A DNA stretch of 64,000 bases from an uncultured Barnesiella sp. Its GTDB lineage: Bacteria > Bacteroidota > Bacteroidia > Bacteroidales > Barnesiellaceae. Of this stretch, positions 29,896 through 40,288 are shown one piece after another. The notes beneath the pieces are model-generated. The model did no database searches and had not been told where the DNA came from. It was given only the letters and a program-made list of their open reading frames with translations. A program made the position numbers and the translations under genes. The stretch spans positions 13,392 through 77,391 of the forward strand of contig CALUJQ010000009.1 in the NCBI GenBank assembly GCA_944320995.1, given 5' to 3'. The first letter of the stretch is position 1. Each line of letters starts with the position of its first letter.

Positions 29896-30657
29896 ATGAT
29901 AAGCCGGAAAAAATCCTTGCGAGAAGTCTATGTATGGGAATTGCCCGTACGCATATTTCATTGGGCCAATGCCACGGCCATTGTCGTCTTGTGTGTAACC
30001 GGGTATATTATCGGCAACCCTCCCGCCATATTGATTTCCACTCCACCCGATGCCAACTATTGGTTCGGGTGGATACGGTTTATCCATTTTGCAGCCGCCT
30101 TCGTCTTCATTCTCAACTTCTTGGTGCGATTGTATTGGGCTTTTGCCGGAAACTCATTCGCCCATTGGAGCAACTACCTGCCCCTCACGAAAAGACAGTG
30201 GCGAGGTATTTTCGACACCACCAAAGTCGATGTGCTGCTACTGTCGCCCAAACCCGTTTACGACATCGGACACAACAGTTTGGCCGCCTTTACCTACTTC
30301 GGTGTCTTCATTCTGTTTATCGTCCAAACCCTCACAGGCATGGCCATGTATTGCGTCTCGACCAACAACTTTATGGAACCCTTTTTTACATGGCTTCTCT
30401 TTGAATGCGGAGGTTTTTTTGTCGTGCGACAGATACACCACATTGCCATGTGGGCTTTTATCCTTTTCACGATCGCACACATCTATCTCGTGTTTTACCA
30501 CGACTATATCGAACGCAACGGCATAGCCTCCTCGATTATCGGAGGGTGGAAATTCGTCCGGGAAGACTTGGCCGAAGAATATGAAACCGAACAGAAGCAG
30601 CAACAACAAATCCAAAAACAAAAAGATGAAATCTCAAACAGAGCAAAAGAAAAATAA
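29896..30657 (+). CDS. hyaC: Ni/Fe-hydrogenase b-type cytochrome subunit
   Basis: VYVWELPVRIFHW, RFIHF, GHNSLA, RQIHH, AHIY; four hydrophobic segments. Confidence 0.94.
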   Translation: MISRKKSLREVYVWELPVRIFHWANATAIVVLCVTGYIIGNPPAILISTPPDANYWFGWIRFIHFAAAFVFILNFLVRLYWAFAGNSFAHWSNYLPLTKRQWRGIFDTTKVDVLLLSPKPVYDIGHNSLAAFTYFGVFILFIVQTLTGMAMYCVSTNNFMEPFFTWLLFECGGFFVVRQIHHIAMWAFILFTIAHIYLVFYHDYIERNGIASSIIGGWKFVREDLAEEYETEQKQQQQIQKQKDEISNRAKEK

Positions 30658-31156
30658 CAAACCTTTTACCCCACCCGACAAAATCCTCATTTTGGGAGTC
30701 GGCAACCTCATACTCAACGATGAGGGTATCGGGATACACATAATCAACAGGCTCAGTTCCATGAAACTACCTCCCAACATCGACATTCTCGACGGAGGGA
30801 CCGGTGGGTTGGCATTGCTGGAAACCCTCCAAAGCTATCCCCACCTTATCCTTATCGACGCCACTCTCGACAACAATCCGGCAGGCACAATCCGCCGGCT
30901 GTCGCCCAAATACTCCAAAGATTACCCCCCTCTTTTGAGCGCTCATGAAATAGGATTGAAAGAGATGATCGATGCCATGTTATTACTCGGGGAAGCACCC
31001 CAAATCGAGTTGATTGCCGTCAGTGTGCGCAACTGCCGGAGTTTGGGCATGCAACTCTCTCCCGAAGTCAGCAAGGCTATCCCACAAATCGTACAGCTCA
31101 TTCTCGAGATCATCGACGAACTGCAATACGGCAACCGCCCGACCGAAATCATATAA
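30626..31156 (+). CDS. hyaD: Hydrogenase maturation endopeptidase
   Basis: LGVGNLILNDEGIG, DGGTGG, LIDA, SAHEIG; start set at MKSQTEQ. Confidence 0.93.
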   Translation: MKSQTEQKKNNKPFTPPDKILILGVGNLILNDEGIGIHIINRLSSMKLPPNIDILDGGTGGLALLETLQSYPHLILIDATLDNNPAGTIRRLSPKYSKDYPPLLSAHEIGLKEMIDAMLLLGEAPQIELIAVSVRNCRSLGMQLSPEVSKAIPQIVQLILEIIDELQYGNRPTEII

Positions 31157-31322
31157 ATCCCATATCCAACCGCACACCCAAACAACCGCACACAACTTGC
31201 CGGCAAACCCCGCACCCCGGGAAACACCTCTTCACGACTAAAAAGAATGACATTTTTGAATCGCCGATAGAAAAATTTTATGTAACTTGGCCCATCATTC
31301 AAAAATAGCCAATTCTTTATTC

Positions 31323-32168
31323 ATGAAAACAAAAAATTTATTCCTGCTCCTTTTCTGTCTATTCGTATTCTCGTCCCTGCACGCTCAAAACGAACCGGTC
31401 AAAATACTGGCAATCGGCAACAGTTTCGCCGACGACGGCATCGAATACCTCGACGAAGTAGCCATCGCTGCCGGGAAACGCATTATCGTTGCCAACACCT
31501 ACATCGGAGGCTGCTCGCTGGCACAACATGTCGATAACGCCCGACACGATAACCATAACTACCTTTATCGCAAAAACACCGAAGGGAAATATACCGAGGA
31601 GAACGGGAAAAGCCTACTGGAAGCTATCAAAGACGAAAACTGGGACTACATCGTATTCCAGCAAGTGAGTTCGTCGGCCGGCCAATACAGCAGCTACTTC
31701 CCCGAGCTGACCGAGTTGATGGAATATGTACGGGAAAACGCCACCAATCCGAATGTACAATATGCCCTGCAACAAACATGGGCCTATGCCCAGAACTCCA
31801 CTCACCCGGGATTTTTCAGATACGGCAAAAACCAGCAAGCCATGTATGAGGATGTCGTATTTTCCTATGACCAAGCGGCAAAAAAACAAAACATATCGAT
31901 CATCATACCTACCGGAACCGCTATACAAAACGCCCGCAGCAGCAGTTTGGGCGACACCCTTTGCCGCGATGGATACCACTTGGATCTGAAATATGGTCGC
32001 TACACGGCAGCCTGCACGTGGTTCGAAACATTTTTCGGCGAATCGGCCGTAGGCATCGCTTATCGCCCCGAAGGAGTATCCGACCAACAGGCCGCCATTG
32101 CACAACACGCCGCCCACAGGGCCATACTATGCCCCTCCTCGGTAACCGATATGAGCGACTTCAAATAG
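31323..32168 (+). CDS. Secreted SGNH-hydrolase-like protein (DUF4886-type)
   Basis: Signal peptide; ILAIGNSF, YIGGCSL, WDYIVFQQ, QTWAY, RDGYHL. Confidence 0.82.
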   Translation: MKTKNLFLLLFCLFVFSSLHAQNEPVKILAIGNSFADDGIEYLDEVAIAAGKRIIVANTYIGGCSLAQHVDNARHDNHNYLYRKNTEGKYTEENGKSLLEAIKDENWDYIVFQQVSSSAGQYSSYFPELTELMEYVRENATNPNVQYALQQTWAYAQNSTHPGFFRYGKNQQAMYEDVVFSYDQAAKKQNISIIIPTGTAIQNARSSSLGDTLCRDGYHLDLKYGRYTAACTWFETFFGESAVGIAYRPEGVSDQQAAIAQHAAHRAILCPSSVTDMSDFK

Positions 32169-32387
32169 GAATTGATGATATACCCGACGCAACCATAAAT
32201 GGTCCTGTCCCGATTCTCGGGATAAAAAAACAACCTTCACCCCCCTATGCAAAGGCCACCGGGGCTATTCTACCCAAACATTCAGTAAAAATGGTAAACA
32301 TATCGGTAATCGATATACTTGCCGTGACTGGGGAACGCTATAATTTTGTAACCGACAAAGCAAATAGCAACCTTCAAAACATTCCCC

Positions 32388-32888
32388 ATGAACAAACTGA
32401 TAGCCATTACCATTTGCATAGCGGCCTCGATAGGAGGCGGACAACTCTTACATGCACAAGATATGAATACCGAAAAAGAGAACATCAGCCCATTCCCGGT
32501 AGGCGAAAAAAATCCTCCGGTAAACGCCCAATATTTTATCGGGCAATCTTATCTCGCTCCCCTCACCCAGAACAAGGCACTGAACTGCCCCGTCTATAAC
32601 GTAACCTTCGAGCCGGCTTGCCGTAACAACTGGCACAGCCACACCGGCGGACAGATACTTATCGCCGTGGGCGGAAAAGGCTTTTATCAAGAAAAAGGGA
32701 AACCTGCCCGGCTACTTCAACCGGGCGACGTTGTAGAAATTGCCCCCGACGTAATCCATTGGCACGGAGCCGCACCCGACAGTTGGTTCTCGCACCTTGC
32801 CATCGAATGCAACCCGCAAACCAACAAAAACTCATGGTACGAGCCTGTCGATGACGAGCAATACACCCTCGCCACTCAACAGAAATAA
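32388..32888 (+). CDS. Exported cupin-domain protein
   Basis: Signal-like N-terminus; FEPACRNNWHSHTGGQIL and HWHGA..WFSHLAIE cupin motifs. Confidence 0.87.
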   Translation: MNKLIAITICIAASIGGGQLLHAQDMNTEKENISPFPVGEKNPPVNAQYFIGQSYLAPLTQNKALNCPVYNVTFEPACRNNWHSHTGGQILIAVGGKGFYQEKGKPARLLQPGDVVEIAPDVIHWHGAAPDSWFSHLAIECNPQTNKNSWYEPVDDEQYTLATQQK

Positions 32889-33084
32889 AAAGATTTCTCA
32901 ATACCGATATTCCAAAGATTTGCCCGGCTACATGCCCGGGCAACCGCTTTCTCCCGGATTATCCTCCCTTTCATGGTCGCATAGCCCTTTGCCTGCTCTT
33001 GAACTACTCCCTTGTAATAAAACTTAATTTTCTTGTTACTCTGGAAAAAAGAGTCTATTTTTACTTAATGCTATAACAAGGACC

Positions 33085-33969
33085 ATGGGAAGCAACTATT
33101 TCAAATCCCACTATCTTACGACTACCGAAAACGACAAGAAGTGGGGAATTATATGTACAACCGTAGGAATGCAAATCATAGACCCCCACGGAAAATATCC
33201 TATCGGGTCTCACCCCAACAATTATCAATCGGTAAAAAGGGGGCGTATCCTCGATGAATACCAACTTATCTACATAACCCGGGGTGAGGGGTACTTCGAA
33301 TCTACAAACTGCAAACGCACCAAGGTAAAAGCCGGGAATATCCTTTTCTTATTCCCCGGCGAATGGCACTGTTATGCCCCCGACGCCAATACGGGATGGT
33401 CGGAGTATTGGGTAGGATTCAAAGGTCCCAATATAGACAGGCGTGTGCAGTATGGATTCTTCTCTCCCGACCAGCCGATTCTAAATATAGGGTATAGCGT
33501 AGGTATCGAAAATTGTTACCAAGAGATGATCCGGGAAACCGAGCAGGAAAAAACCGGATTCCAAATTCTGGTTTCAAGTATCGTTCTGCACATTCTGGGA
33601 TATGTCATTTACAAGCACAACAACAAATTGTACGAAAGCAACCCCATCGTCGAGAAAATCAATTACGCCCGGAAAATCATGAGAGAACATGTAAACCAGC
33701 CGCTCTCTCCCGAAACAATCGCCACCGACTTGAACCTCAGTTATACATGGTTTCGCCGAGCATTCAAAGAATATACCGGCATCTCGCCGGCCCAATATCA
33801 ACTACAAATGAGGCTCAACCGCGCAAAAGAGCTATTGACCAATTCCAATCTAAACATCTCGGAAATCGCTTACGAACTGGGATTTGAGAGTGTCAGCCAC
33901 TTTTGCACCTTTTTCAAATCGAGAGAGAAATTCACAGCCTCGGAATATCGCGAAAAATTCAAACTTTAA
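33085..33969 (+). CDS. AraC family regulator, likely rhamnose activator (RhaR-like)
   Basis: Cupin-like N-terminus (GRILDEYQLIYIT, FPGEWH) and C-terminal double HTH; adjacent to the rha genes. Confidence 0.88.
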   Translation: MGSNYFKSHYLTTTENDKKWGIICTTVGMQIIDPHGKYPIGSHPNNYQSVKRGRILDEYQLIYITRGEGYFESTNCKRTKVKAGNILFLFPGEWHCYAPDANTGWSEYWVGFKGPNIDRRVQYGFFSPDQPILNIGYSVGIENCYQEMIRETEQEKTGFQILVSSIVLHILGYVIYKHNNKLYESNPIVEKINYARKIMREHVNQPLSPETIATDLNLSYTWFRRAFKEYTGISPAQYQLQMRLNRAKELLTNSNLNISEIAYELGFESVSHFCTFFKSREKFTASEYREKFKL

Positions 33970-34012
33970 AAACGATTACCCTCTCGGTCTATACATACCA
34001 GTCATCAAATTA

Positions 34013-34043
34013 CAGGGCTGAACCCTTACGGGATTCAGCCCTG
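34013..34043. terminator. Hairpin between convergent araC and fucO
   Basis: CAGGGCTGAA-11 nt-TTCAGCCCTG perfect 10-bp stem. Confidence 0.7.
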
Positions 34044-34075
34044 CATGAATTTAAGCGATATTCAGGTAAGCTCTA

Positions 34076-35230
34076 TCATTCAAATGCCGACTCATAGAGA
34101 GCCAAAATATCCGACAAGCTGACCTCCCGAGGATTTCCGGGGGTACAAACATCGGCCAAAGCAGCTTTGGCAAGAGCAGGCAACGAGGCTTTATCGACAC
34201 CCAGCACCGACAATTTTTGCGGAATATTCACCTCGATAGCGAGTTTACGCACCGCATCGACAGCGGCTTGTGCCTTTTCCTTCAAAGAGAGGTTCTGCAC
34301 ATCTACACCCATGGCAACGGCAATGTCGGCATATTTTTCCAACGACGATTCCATATTGAACTGCATGACGTAGGGCAACAAGAGTGCATTGGCCACACCA
34401 TGAGGTATATCAAACATGGCACCCAACGGGTGGGCCATACCGTGTACCAGCCCCAACCCGACATTGGAGAATCCCATACCTGCCACATATTGTGCCAAAG
34501 CCATTTTCTCGCGAGCCTCCATATCGGAGCCATCGGCCACAGCCTTCGGCAAATATTTTGCAATCATTCTTATCGCTTCTATATGGAACATGTCGGTCAA
34601 CTCCCATGCTCCCAAGGTTATATATCCCTCAATCGCATGAGTAAGTGCGTCCATACCCGTTGCGGCGGTCAAGCCCTTCGGCATCGACGACATCAACTCG
34701 GCATCGACAATGGCCAGTACCGGAATATCTTTGGGATCGACACAGACCATCTTTTTGGCATTGCGCTCATCGGTAATCACATAGTTGATAGTCACCTCTG
34801 CCGCAGTTCCTGCGGTAGTGGGCAATGCAATAATCGGCAAACTTTTCTGAGTCGTATCGGCTACACCTTCCAAAGAAACGACATCTGAGAAATCGGGGTT
34901 CTTCGATATGATTCCAATAGCCTTTGCCGTATCTATGGCCGACCCTCCACCCAAAGCGACAATGACATCGGCGCCACACTCTTTCAACACGGCCAATCCG
35001 TCCTGAACATTGGTAACTGTGGGATTTTGCTTTATCTCTGTAAACAACCGATATTGAATATCGGCCTTCTCCAACAGCGACGTGATCCGTTCTACAACGC
35101 CAAACCGAACCAGATCTTTGTCCGAAACCAACAAAACCGAGGTGTACCCTCTCCGTTTAATCTCTTCGGGCAAGACGGCTCTGGCTCCGGCCCCGAAATA
35201 GGACATTTCATTTAATACGATTCTTTTCAT
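34076..35230 (-). CDS. fucO: Lactaldehyde reductase (1,2-propanediol oxidoreductase)
   Basis: GGGSAID, PTTAGTAAEVT, DALTHAIE, HGMAH, DVCTPGNPR; own -7 box TAAATTTG at 35313-35306. Confidence 0.94.
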   Translation of the reverse strand: MKRIVLNEMSYFGAGARAVLPEEIKRRGYTSVLLVSDKDLVRFGVVERITSLLEKADIQYRLFTEIKQNPTVTNVQDGLAVLKECGADVIVALGGGSAIDTAKAIGIISKNPDFSDVVSLEGVADTTQKSLPIIALPTTAGTAAEVTINYVITDERNAKKMVCVDPKDIPVLAIVDAELMSSMPKGLTAATGMDALTHAIEGYITLGAWELTDMFHIEAIRMIAKYLPKAVADGSDMEAREKMALAQYVAGMGFSNVGLGLVHGMAHPLGAMFDIPHGVANALLLPYVMQFNMESSLEKYADIAVAMGVDVQNLSLKEKAQAAVDAVRKLAIEVNIPQKLSVLGVDKASLPALAKAALADVCTPGNPREVSLSDILALYESAFE

Positions 35231-35488
35231 ACTTTTTTATTTGGGCAGTTATATACCACTCCTATTGTATCGGATTGTATATAACTGCTATTGTGAGTAA
35301 TGACACAAATTTAATATATATTTTTAATACTATACCAATCTTTCTGCCCTTTTATCGTCGGCCCTAACAGAGTGTTTCATCTACATAAGACTCGACTTTC
35401 ATGAATCGATAATCAACAAAAGATACATCACTCGTGCAGAAAAAAAGTATCAAAGGATAAAACTCACATGTATCAACGGCCTTTGTTT

Positions 35489-36280
35489 TTACAGATTAAA
35501 CACTCGTTTCAACTCGTCCATTTGCTCTTCGCTCATGCCTTTCGGGGTAAATCCCATCGAACAGGCCGACTCATAAATCTTTGCCGATTTGGTCAAGGTA
35601 TCGATCATATCGAACGGCTCTATCAAATCTTCACCAACGGCCAATGCGCCATGTTTCTCCCACAGCACCACGTCATACTCTTCGAGTTGTTTGATGGTCT
35701 CTTTGGCCAAGAGTACCGAGCCGGGCAAGGCATACGGCACAATGCCTACCCCTTTGGGACAAAATGCTCGGGTTTCGGGTATCATGCTCCACAACAATTT
35801 GGACAACACATCTTTTTGCAGGAATGGCGCATGATGCGTCATGGCCACCAGTTCTATGGGGTGGGTATGGACAACGGCTCTCTCTTTTCGGCCTTTCTGT
35901 ATCAAATAGTTGTGTATCAACAGATGCGACGGAAGTTCCGAAGTAGGACGAATATTTTTCTCGGCTATAATTTCATAATAGTTTCCTTCCGGAGAAATGC
36001 GGATAATCGAAGCATTATCCATCAAATCCCGGTTCACATATCGCATTCTTTTCCCGGTTCCGGTCACGACAAAATAGGCGCCTTTGAGGCTATCCATCTT
36101 CTCGGGCAACTCTATTTTTTCACTGATGGCCTGCAAACTGCGGATTTCATCATCGACATATTCGGTTATATTGTACGAAATGTTTCCGCCGTTCCGCTCG
36201 GCCCAGCCTTTCTCCCACAAATAACCGGCAACTTCGGCTATTTGCGACAACACGTTTTGTATCTCCGTATTATATTTCAT
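35489..36280 (-). CDS. rhaD: Rhamnulose-1-phosphate aldolase
   Basis: GWAERNGGNIS, PTSELPSH, HTHP, WEKHG. Confidence 0.96.
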   Translation of the reverse strand: MKYNTEIQNVLSQIAEVAGYLWEKGWAERNGGNISYNITEYVDDEIRSLQAISEKIELPEKMDSLKGAYFVVTGTGKRMRYVNRDLMDNASIIRISPEGNYYEIIAEKNIRPTSELPSHLLIHNYLIQKGRKERAVVHTHPIELVAMTHHAPFLQKDVLSKLLWSMIPETRAFCPKGVGIVPYALPGSVLLAKETIKQLEEYDVVLWEKHGALAVGEDLIEPFDMIDTLTKSAKIYESACSMGFTPKGMSEEQMDELKRVFNL

Positions 36281-36292
36281 CTTTGATAAATA

Positions 36293-37321
36293 TTAAAAAA
36301 TCGAAGGGAAAAATATCGAGAAAACCAAAGTAAGCAATCCGAACAACAATACGGCGATTGTCTTTCGGGAACAGCCATTCCATTCTTTCAACACGATTCC
36401 CCACACATTAGAAAAAACAACATTCAACGACATCAATATGCTCCACGAGAAGGCCAACAAAATGGGCGAAGATACTAAAAAGGTCTTACCCAATTCCAGC
36501 CCGAAAAACTGCGAGTACCACAACAATCCGGCCAAAGCACAGAATAACACGTTATTCAACAGCGTAGAGCCATCGACCGAAAGATACTCTTTCCCGGTTT
36601 TGTTCTTTATGTTTTGAAAAACACAATAGGCGGCATTGGTGAGAAAACCGCCTGCCGTCACCAAGGAGATGACCGGTAATCCGGCAAACAACGGAGTCGT
36701 ACCCTCTGCGATAAAAGCCTCTTTGATAGGACTCCCGGCATCTAAACCCAAAGCAAAACAGGCACTCATCAACCCTGCCAACAAGGCGACCGAGAGACCT
36801 TTGGTCAACGCAAAGTCCTTTATCGCTTTCTGTTTCTCCTCCTCCGACATATTGCGCGAGCGCAACGTACCGGCATATCCGATCACGGCTATTCCGGCCA
36901 ATGTAATCATGACACCAATCAACAGAATCAATCCGCTTCCCGAGAACAGGTCGGTCCCCGCAAAAAGCGCCGGGAACAAAGTTCCGAATGCCGAACAGGT
37001 TCCTAACGAAACCGACTGTCCCAAAGCGACACCCAAATAGCGCATGCTCAACCCGAATGTCAAACCGCCTATCCCCCAAAGGATACCATAGACGACAGCC
37101 ATTACCGCACCGCCGCTATTCAACAACGAACCTAAATCGGCGCCTTGGGGCAAGGCTATGGCCATTCCGATAATGGGGAATACAAGCCACGCAAATATAC
37201 CTTGAACCAGCCAGAAACTTTCCCAACTCCACCTCTTGATTTTCTTGATGGGTACATAGGAACTCGATTGGCCAAAGCTACCGATGGCGATGATCAACAA
37301 GCCGATTAAAATTTCCATCAT
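36293..37321 (-). CDS. rhaT: L-rhamnose/H+ symporter
   Basis: WSWESFWL, GILWGIGGLTFGLSMRYLGVALG; about ten TM segments. Confidence 0.95.
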   Translation of the reverse strand: MMEILIGLLIIAIGSFGQSSSYVPIKKIKRWSWESFWLVQGIFAWLVFPIIGMAIALPQGADLGSLLNSGGAVMAVVYGILWGIGGLTFGLSMRYLGVALGQSVSLGTCSAFGTLFPALFAGTDLFSGSGLILLIGVMITLAGIAVIGYAGTLRSRNMSEEEKQKAIKDFALTKGLSVALLAGLMSACFALGLDAGSPIKEAFIAEGTTPLFAGLPVISLVTAGGFLTNAAYCVFQNIKNKTGKEYLSVDGSTLLNNVLFCALAGLLWYSQFFGLELGKTFLVSSPILLAFSWSILMSLNVVFSNVWGIVLKEWNGCSRKTIAVLLFGLLTLVFSIFFPSIF

Positions 37322-37325
37322 GCAC

Positions 37326-38579
37326 TTACCGTTTTGAAGTTATATCGCGTTCATAAGCCTCCACCTCGGCGATATATTCCTCGGCGACAGGCACGTTGTT
37401 AACCATGCAGAAGTAATTGTACACATCGTTCCAAGGTAACGTCTTCATCTCTTCCAACAGAGCCAAACGCTCGAAGAATTGATCTTTCGCCTCATATTCG
37501 CGCAGTTTCTCGATTGGCGACAACAAGGCTTGCAGGAAGGCTTTCTGCGTGGCCCGGATACCAATGATATAGGCGCCAATACGATTGATCGAGGCATCGA
37601 AATAATCCAACCCGATATTGACACGACCGAGAGCGTTGGCCCATACAATCTCTTGTGCAAGCATTTGTACCGAATCGTTCAGGATAACTACATGGTCGCT
37701 ATCCCATCTTACAGGACGGCTCACATGCAAAAGTATTTCGGGAGAATACAACAACAGTGACGATATTTTGTCATAGGTCTCTTCGGTCGGGTGGAAGTGT
37801 CCCATATCCAACGTCGCCATCAATCCATTTTTCACGGCATATCCCATATAAAACTCATGCGAACCCACCGTAAAGCTCTCCAGACCAATGCCAAACACCT
37901 TGCTCTCGACCGCATCTTTCACATGTTCAAATTTATGCGCAAAAATCCGGTCCAGCGAATCTTTCAACAGGGAACGATAGTAATAGCGATCTACCGTAAT
38001 ATCTTTCGAACCATCGTGAATCCACAGATTATGGCAGGCTTTATCGCCCAACTGGCGGCCCATTTCGTCGGCGATACGGCGACTGCGAACGGTATGTTCG
38101 ATCCAAAAATCGCGAATTCCCTTGTCCCGGTTCGACAGGGTGAGGTTGCCGCTTTTGGGGTGAGAAAAACTCGTACTGTTAAAATCGAGTTTCATATCAT
38201 TGGCCTTGGCCCAGTCTATCCAGCTTTGGAAATGTTCCGGTTCAATTTGGTCCCGATCTACCTTTTTCCCGCCGAAATCGCCATAAATCGCATGCAGGCT
38301 CAAACGATGCTTCCCGGGGACCAACGATTTCACCTTCTCAATGTCGGCTCTCACCTCGTCTATATTCCGAGCCTTCCCCGGATAATTCCCTGTGGTTTGT
38401 ATTCCGCCCGTCAATACGCCGTCGGACGATTCAAAACCGCTCACATCGTCGGTTTGCCAGCAATGGAGCGACAATGAAATCTGTTGGAGCGCCGCCAATG
38501 CTTTATCAACATCGACCCCCAATTCGGCATAGAGGTCACGAGCCATTTCATACTTTTTCTGAATTAATTCTCGTTTCAT
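37326..38579 (-). CDS. rhaA: L-rhamnose isomerase
   Basis: SLHCWQTDD, NYPGKAR, ESKVFGIG.ESFTVGSHE, GHFHPTE, RPVRWDSDH, LDYFDASINR. Confidence 0.97.
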   Translation of the reverse strand: MKRELIQKKYEMARDLYAELGVDVDKALAALQQISLSLHCWQTDDVSGFESSDGVLTGGIQTTGNYPGKARNIDEVRADIEKVKSLVPGKHRLSLHAIYGDFGGKKVDRDQIEPEHFQSWIDWAKANDMKLDFNSTSFSHPKSGNLTLSNRDKGIRDFWIEHTVRSRRIADEMGRQLGDKACHNLWIHDGSKDITVDRYYYRSLLKDSLDRIFAHKFEHVKDAVESKVFGIGLESFTVGSHEFYMGYAVKNGLMATLDMGHFHPTEETYDKISSLLLYSPEILLHVSRPVRWDSDHVVILNDSVQMLAQEIVWANALGRVNIGLDYFDASINRIGAYIIGIRATQKAFLQALLSPIEKLREYEAKDQFFERLALLEEMKTLPWNDVYNYFCMVNNVPVAEEYIAEVEAYERDITSKR

Positions 38580-38586
38580 AATCGTT

Positions 38587-40062
38587 TTATTTTATAAGTT
38601 CCTTGAATTTCGCATAACCACAATTCCACCGTTCCACATCGCCGGGCATAAAGGTCTCGACACAGACTGCCTCGGCGATCATCTTTCGCATCTCGCTCAA
38701 TGATGAAACAACGCCTTTCGACCAAGCCTGAATCATGATATTCCCGATTGCTGTTGCTTCGGCCGGCCCTGCGACAACACCCTTCCCAATCGAATTGGCC
38801 GTCATCTGCGAGAGCAACCGGTTACGGGAACCGCCACCGATAATGTGAAGCCTCTCGATCGGGAAATCGGCATACGACTGGAATATGTCGAGTACCATGC
38901 GATACTTCATCGCCAAACTCTCGAAAATCAAACGGACATACTCGGCATCGGAGGTCGGGAGTGGCTGACTGGTCCTCCGGCAATAGGCATCGATCGCCTC
39001 CACCATATTCGACGGGTTGACAAACGTGCTGTCGTCGGGATCGATAAACCGCTCAAACGCCGAAGCGCTTTCGGCCATCGCCACCAATTCGGGATAAGTA
39101 TAATCCTTACCTTCCAATTTCCATGTTTTGATACACTGCTCCAAAATCCACATACCCGTGATATTCTTCAAAAAACGAATGGAGCCATCTACACCGCCCT
39201 CATTGGTGATATTATTTCGATTCGCCGACTCCGAAACGACGGGCGACTCTATCTCGATTCCCATCAACGACCAAGTGCCGGAACTCAAATAGGCAAAATT
39301 CCTGTCCTGCGCCGGTATCGCGGCAACTGCCGATGCCGTGTCATGACCGGCCACAGCAACCACCGGCAAACATGGCAATCCTACCTCTTTGGCAATATCC
39401 TCCCTCAACGCTCCTACAACGGTGCCCGGCATTACCATCTTGGCAAAATTTGTCTCGTCCAACCCGACGGTGCGGAGCAACTCCCCGTCGAAATCGCGTT
39501 TATGCACATCTAACAGTTGCGAAGTCGAGGCTATCGTATATTCCGTAACCATATTCCCGGTCAACATATAAGACAGCGCATCGGGGACAAACAGCACTTT
39601 CGAAGCCGCACGCAGCAGAGAAGAGGCGCTCTCTTTCAAGGCATACAGTTGATATAGGCTGTTGAAATTCAAGAATTGAATTCCCGTTCTCCCATATACC
39701 TCATCGCGTGACATCTCTTTCTCGAAAAACCGCTGTGCGGCATCAACCGTATGGGGGTCCCGATAGGCATACGGCAACCCAAGGATCGTTCCATCGTCGC
39801 CCACAAAAACAAAATCGACACCCCATGTATCGATTCCTATCGAATCGATGGTAACGCCCTCTTGGGCCGCAGCTCGCAAACCCTCCTTTATAGACTCGTA
39901 CAGCGAAAAGATATTCCAGAAATAATGGCCTCCGATCTCTATCATTTTATTAGGAAAACGATTCAACTCTTTTATTTTGAGGCCTTCCTGATCGATTGTC
40001 CCTAAAATCGTGCGCCCGCTTGTCGCACCTAAATCAACAGCGATATAATGGTGAGTATTCAT
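38587..40062 (-). CDS. rhaB: Rhamnulokinase
   Basis: DLGATSGR, IDTWGVD, GHDTASAV, SSGTWSL, TNEGG, IIGGGSRN; -7 box TATTTTTG at 40090-40083. Confidence 0.96.
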   Translation of the reverse strand: MNTHHYIAVDLGATSGRTILGTIDQEGLKIKELNRFPNKMIEIGGHYFWNIFSLYESIKEGLRAAAQEGVTIDSIGIDTWGVDFVFVGDDGTILGLPYAYRDPHTVDAAQRFFEKEMSRDEVYGRTGIQFLNFNSLYQLYALKESASSLLRAASKVLFVPDALSYMLTGNMVTEYTIASTSQLLDVHKRDFDGELLRTVGLDETNFAKMVMPGTVVGALREDIAKEVGLPCLPVVAVAGHDTASAVAAIPAQDRNFAYLSSGTWSLMGIEIESPVVSESANRNNITNEGGVDGSIRFLKNITGMWILEQCIKTWKLEGKDYTYPELVAMAESASAFERFIDPDDSTFVNPSNMVEAIDAYCRRTSQPLPTSDAEYVRLIFESLAMKYRMVLDIFQSYADFPIERLHIIGGGSRNRLLSQMTANSIGKGVVAGPAEATAIGNIMIQAWSKGVVSSLSEMRKMIAEAVCVETFMPGDVERWNCGYAKFKELIK

Positions 40063-40248
40063 GGGTATTATTTTTAGTCTCACAAAAATAGGCGTACCGA
40101 TTCTATTTGAATTTTATATTTTGATATTATCCTTATCGATTTTGGCAGTTCTTCAAAAATAAAGGCGGGTAAAGGACAACGGGAAGGAAAACGCGGAGCA
40201 ACGCAAAAAGAAGGAATGTAACAGGTAGAACCAGACGGTGCATCAACG

Positions 40249-40286
40249 AAAAAAGCGTCGAAATCAAATAGATTTCAACGCTTTTT
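40249..40286 (-). terminator. Terminator after tRNA-Asp
   Basis: AAAAGCGTCGAAATC-AAATA-GATTTCAACGCTTTT with A/T runs on both sides. Confidence 0.8.
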
Positions 40287-40288
40287 CG

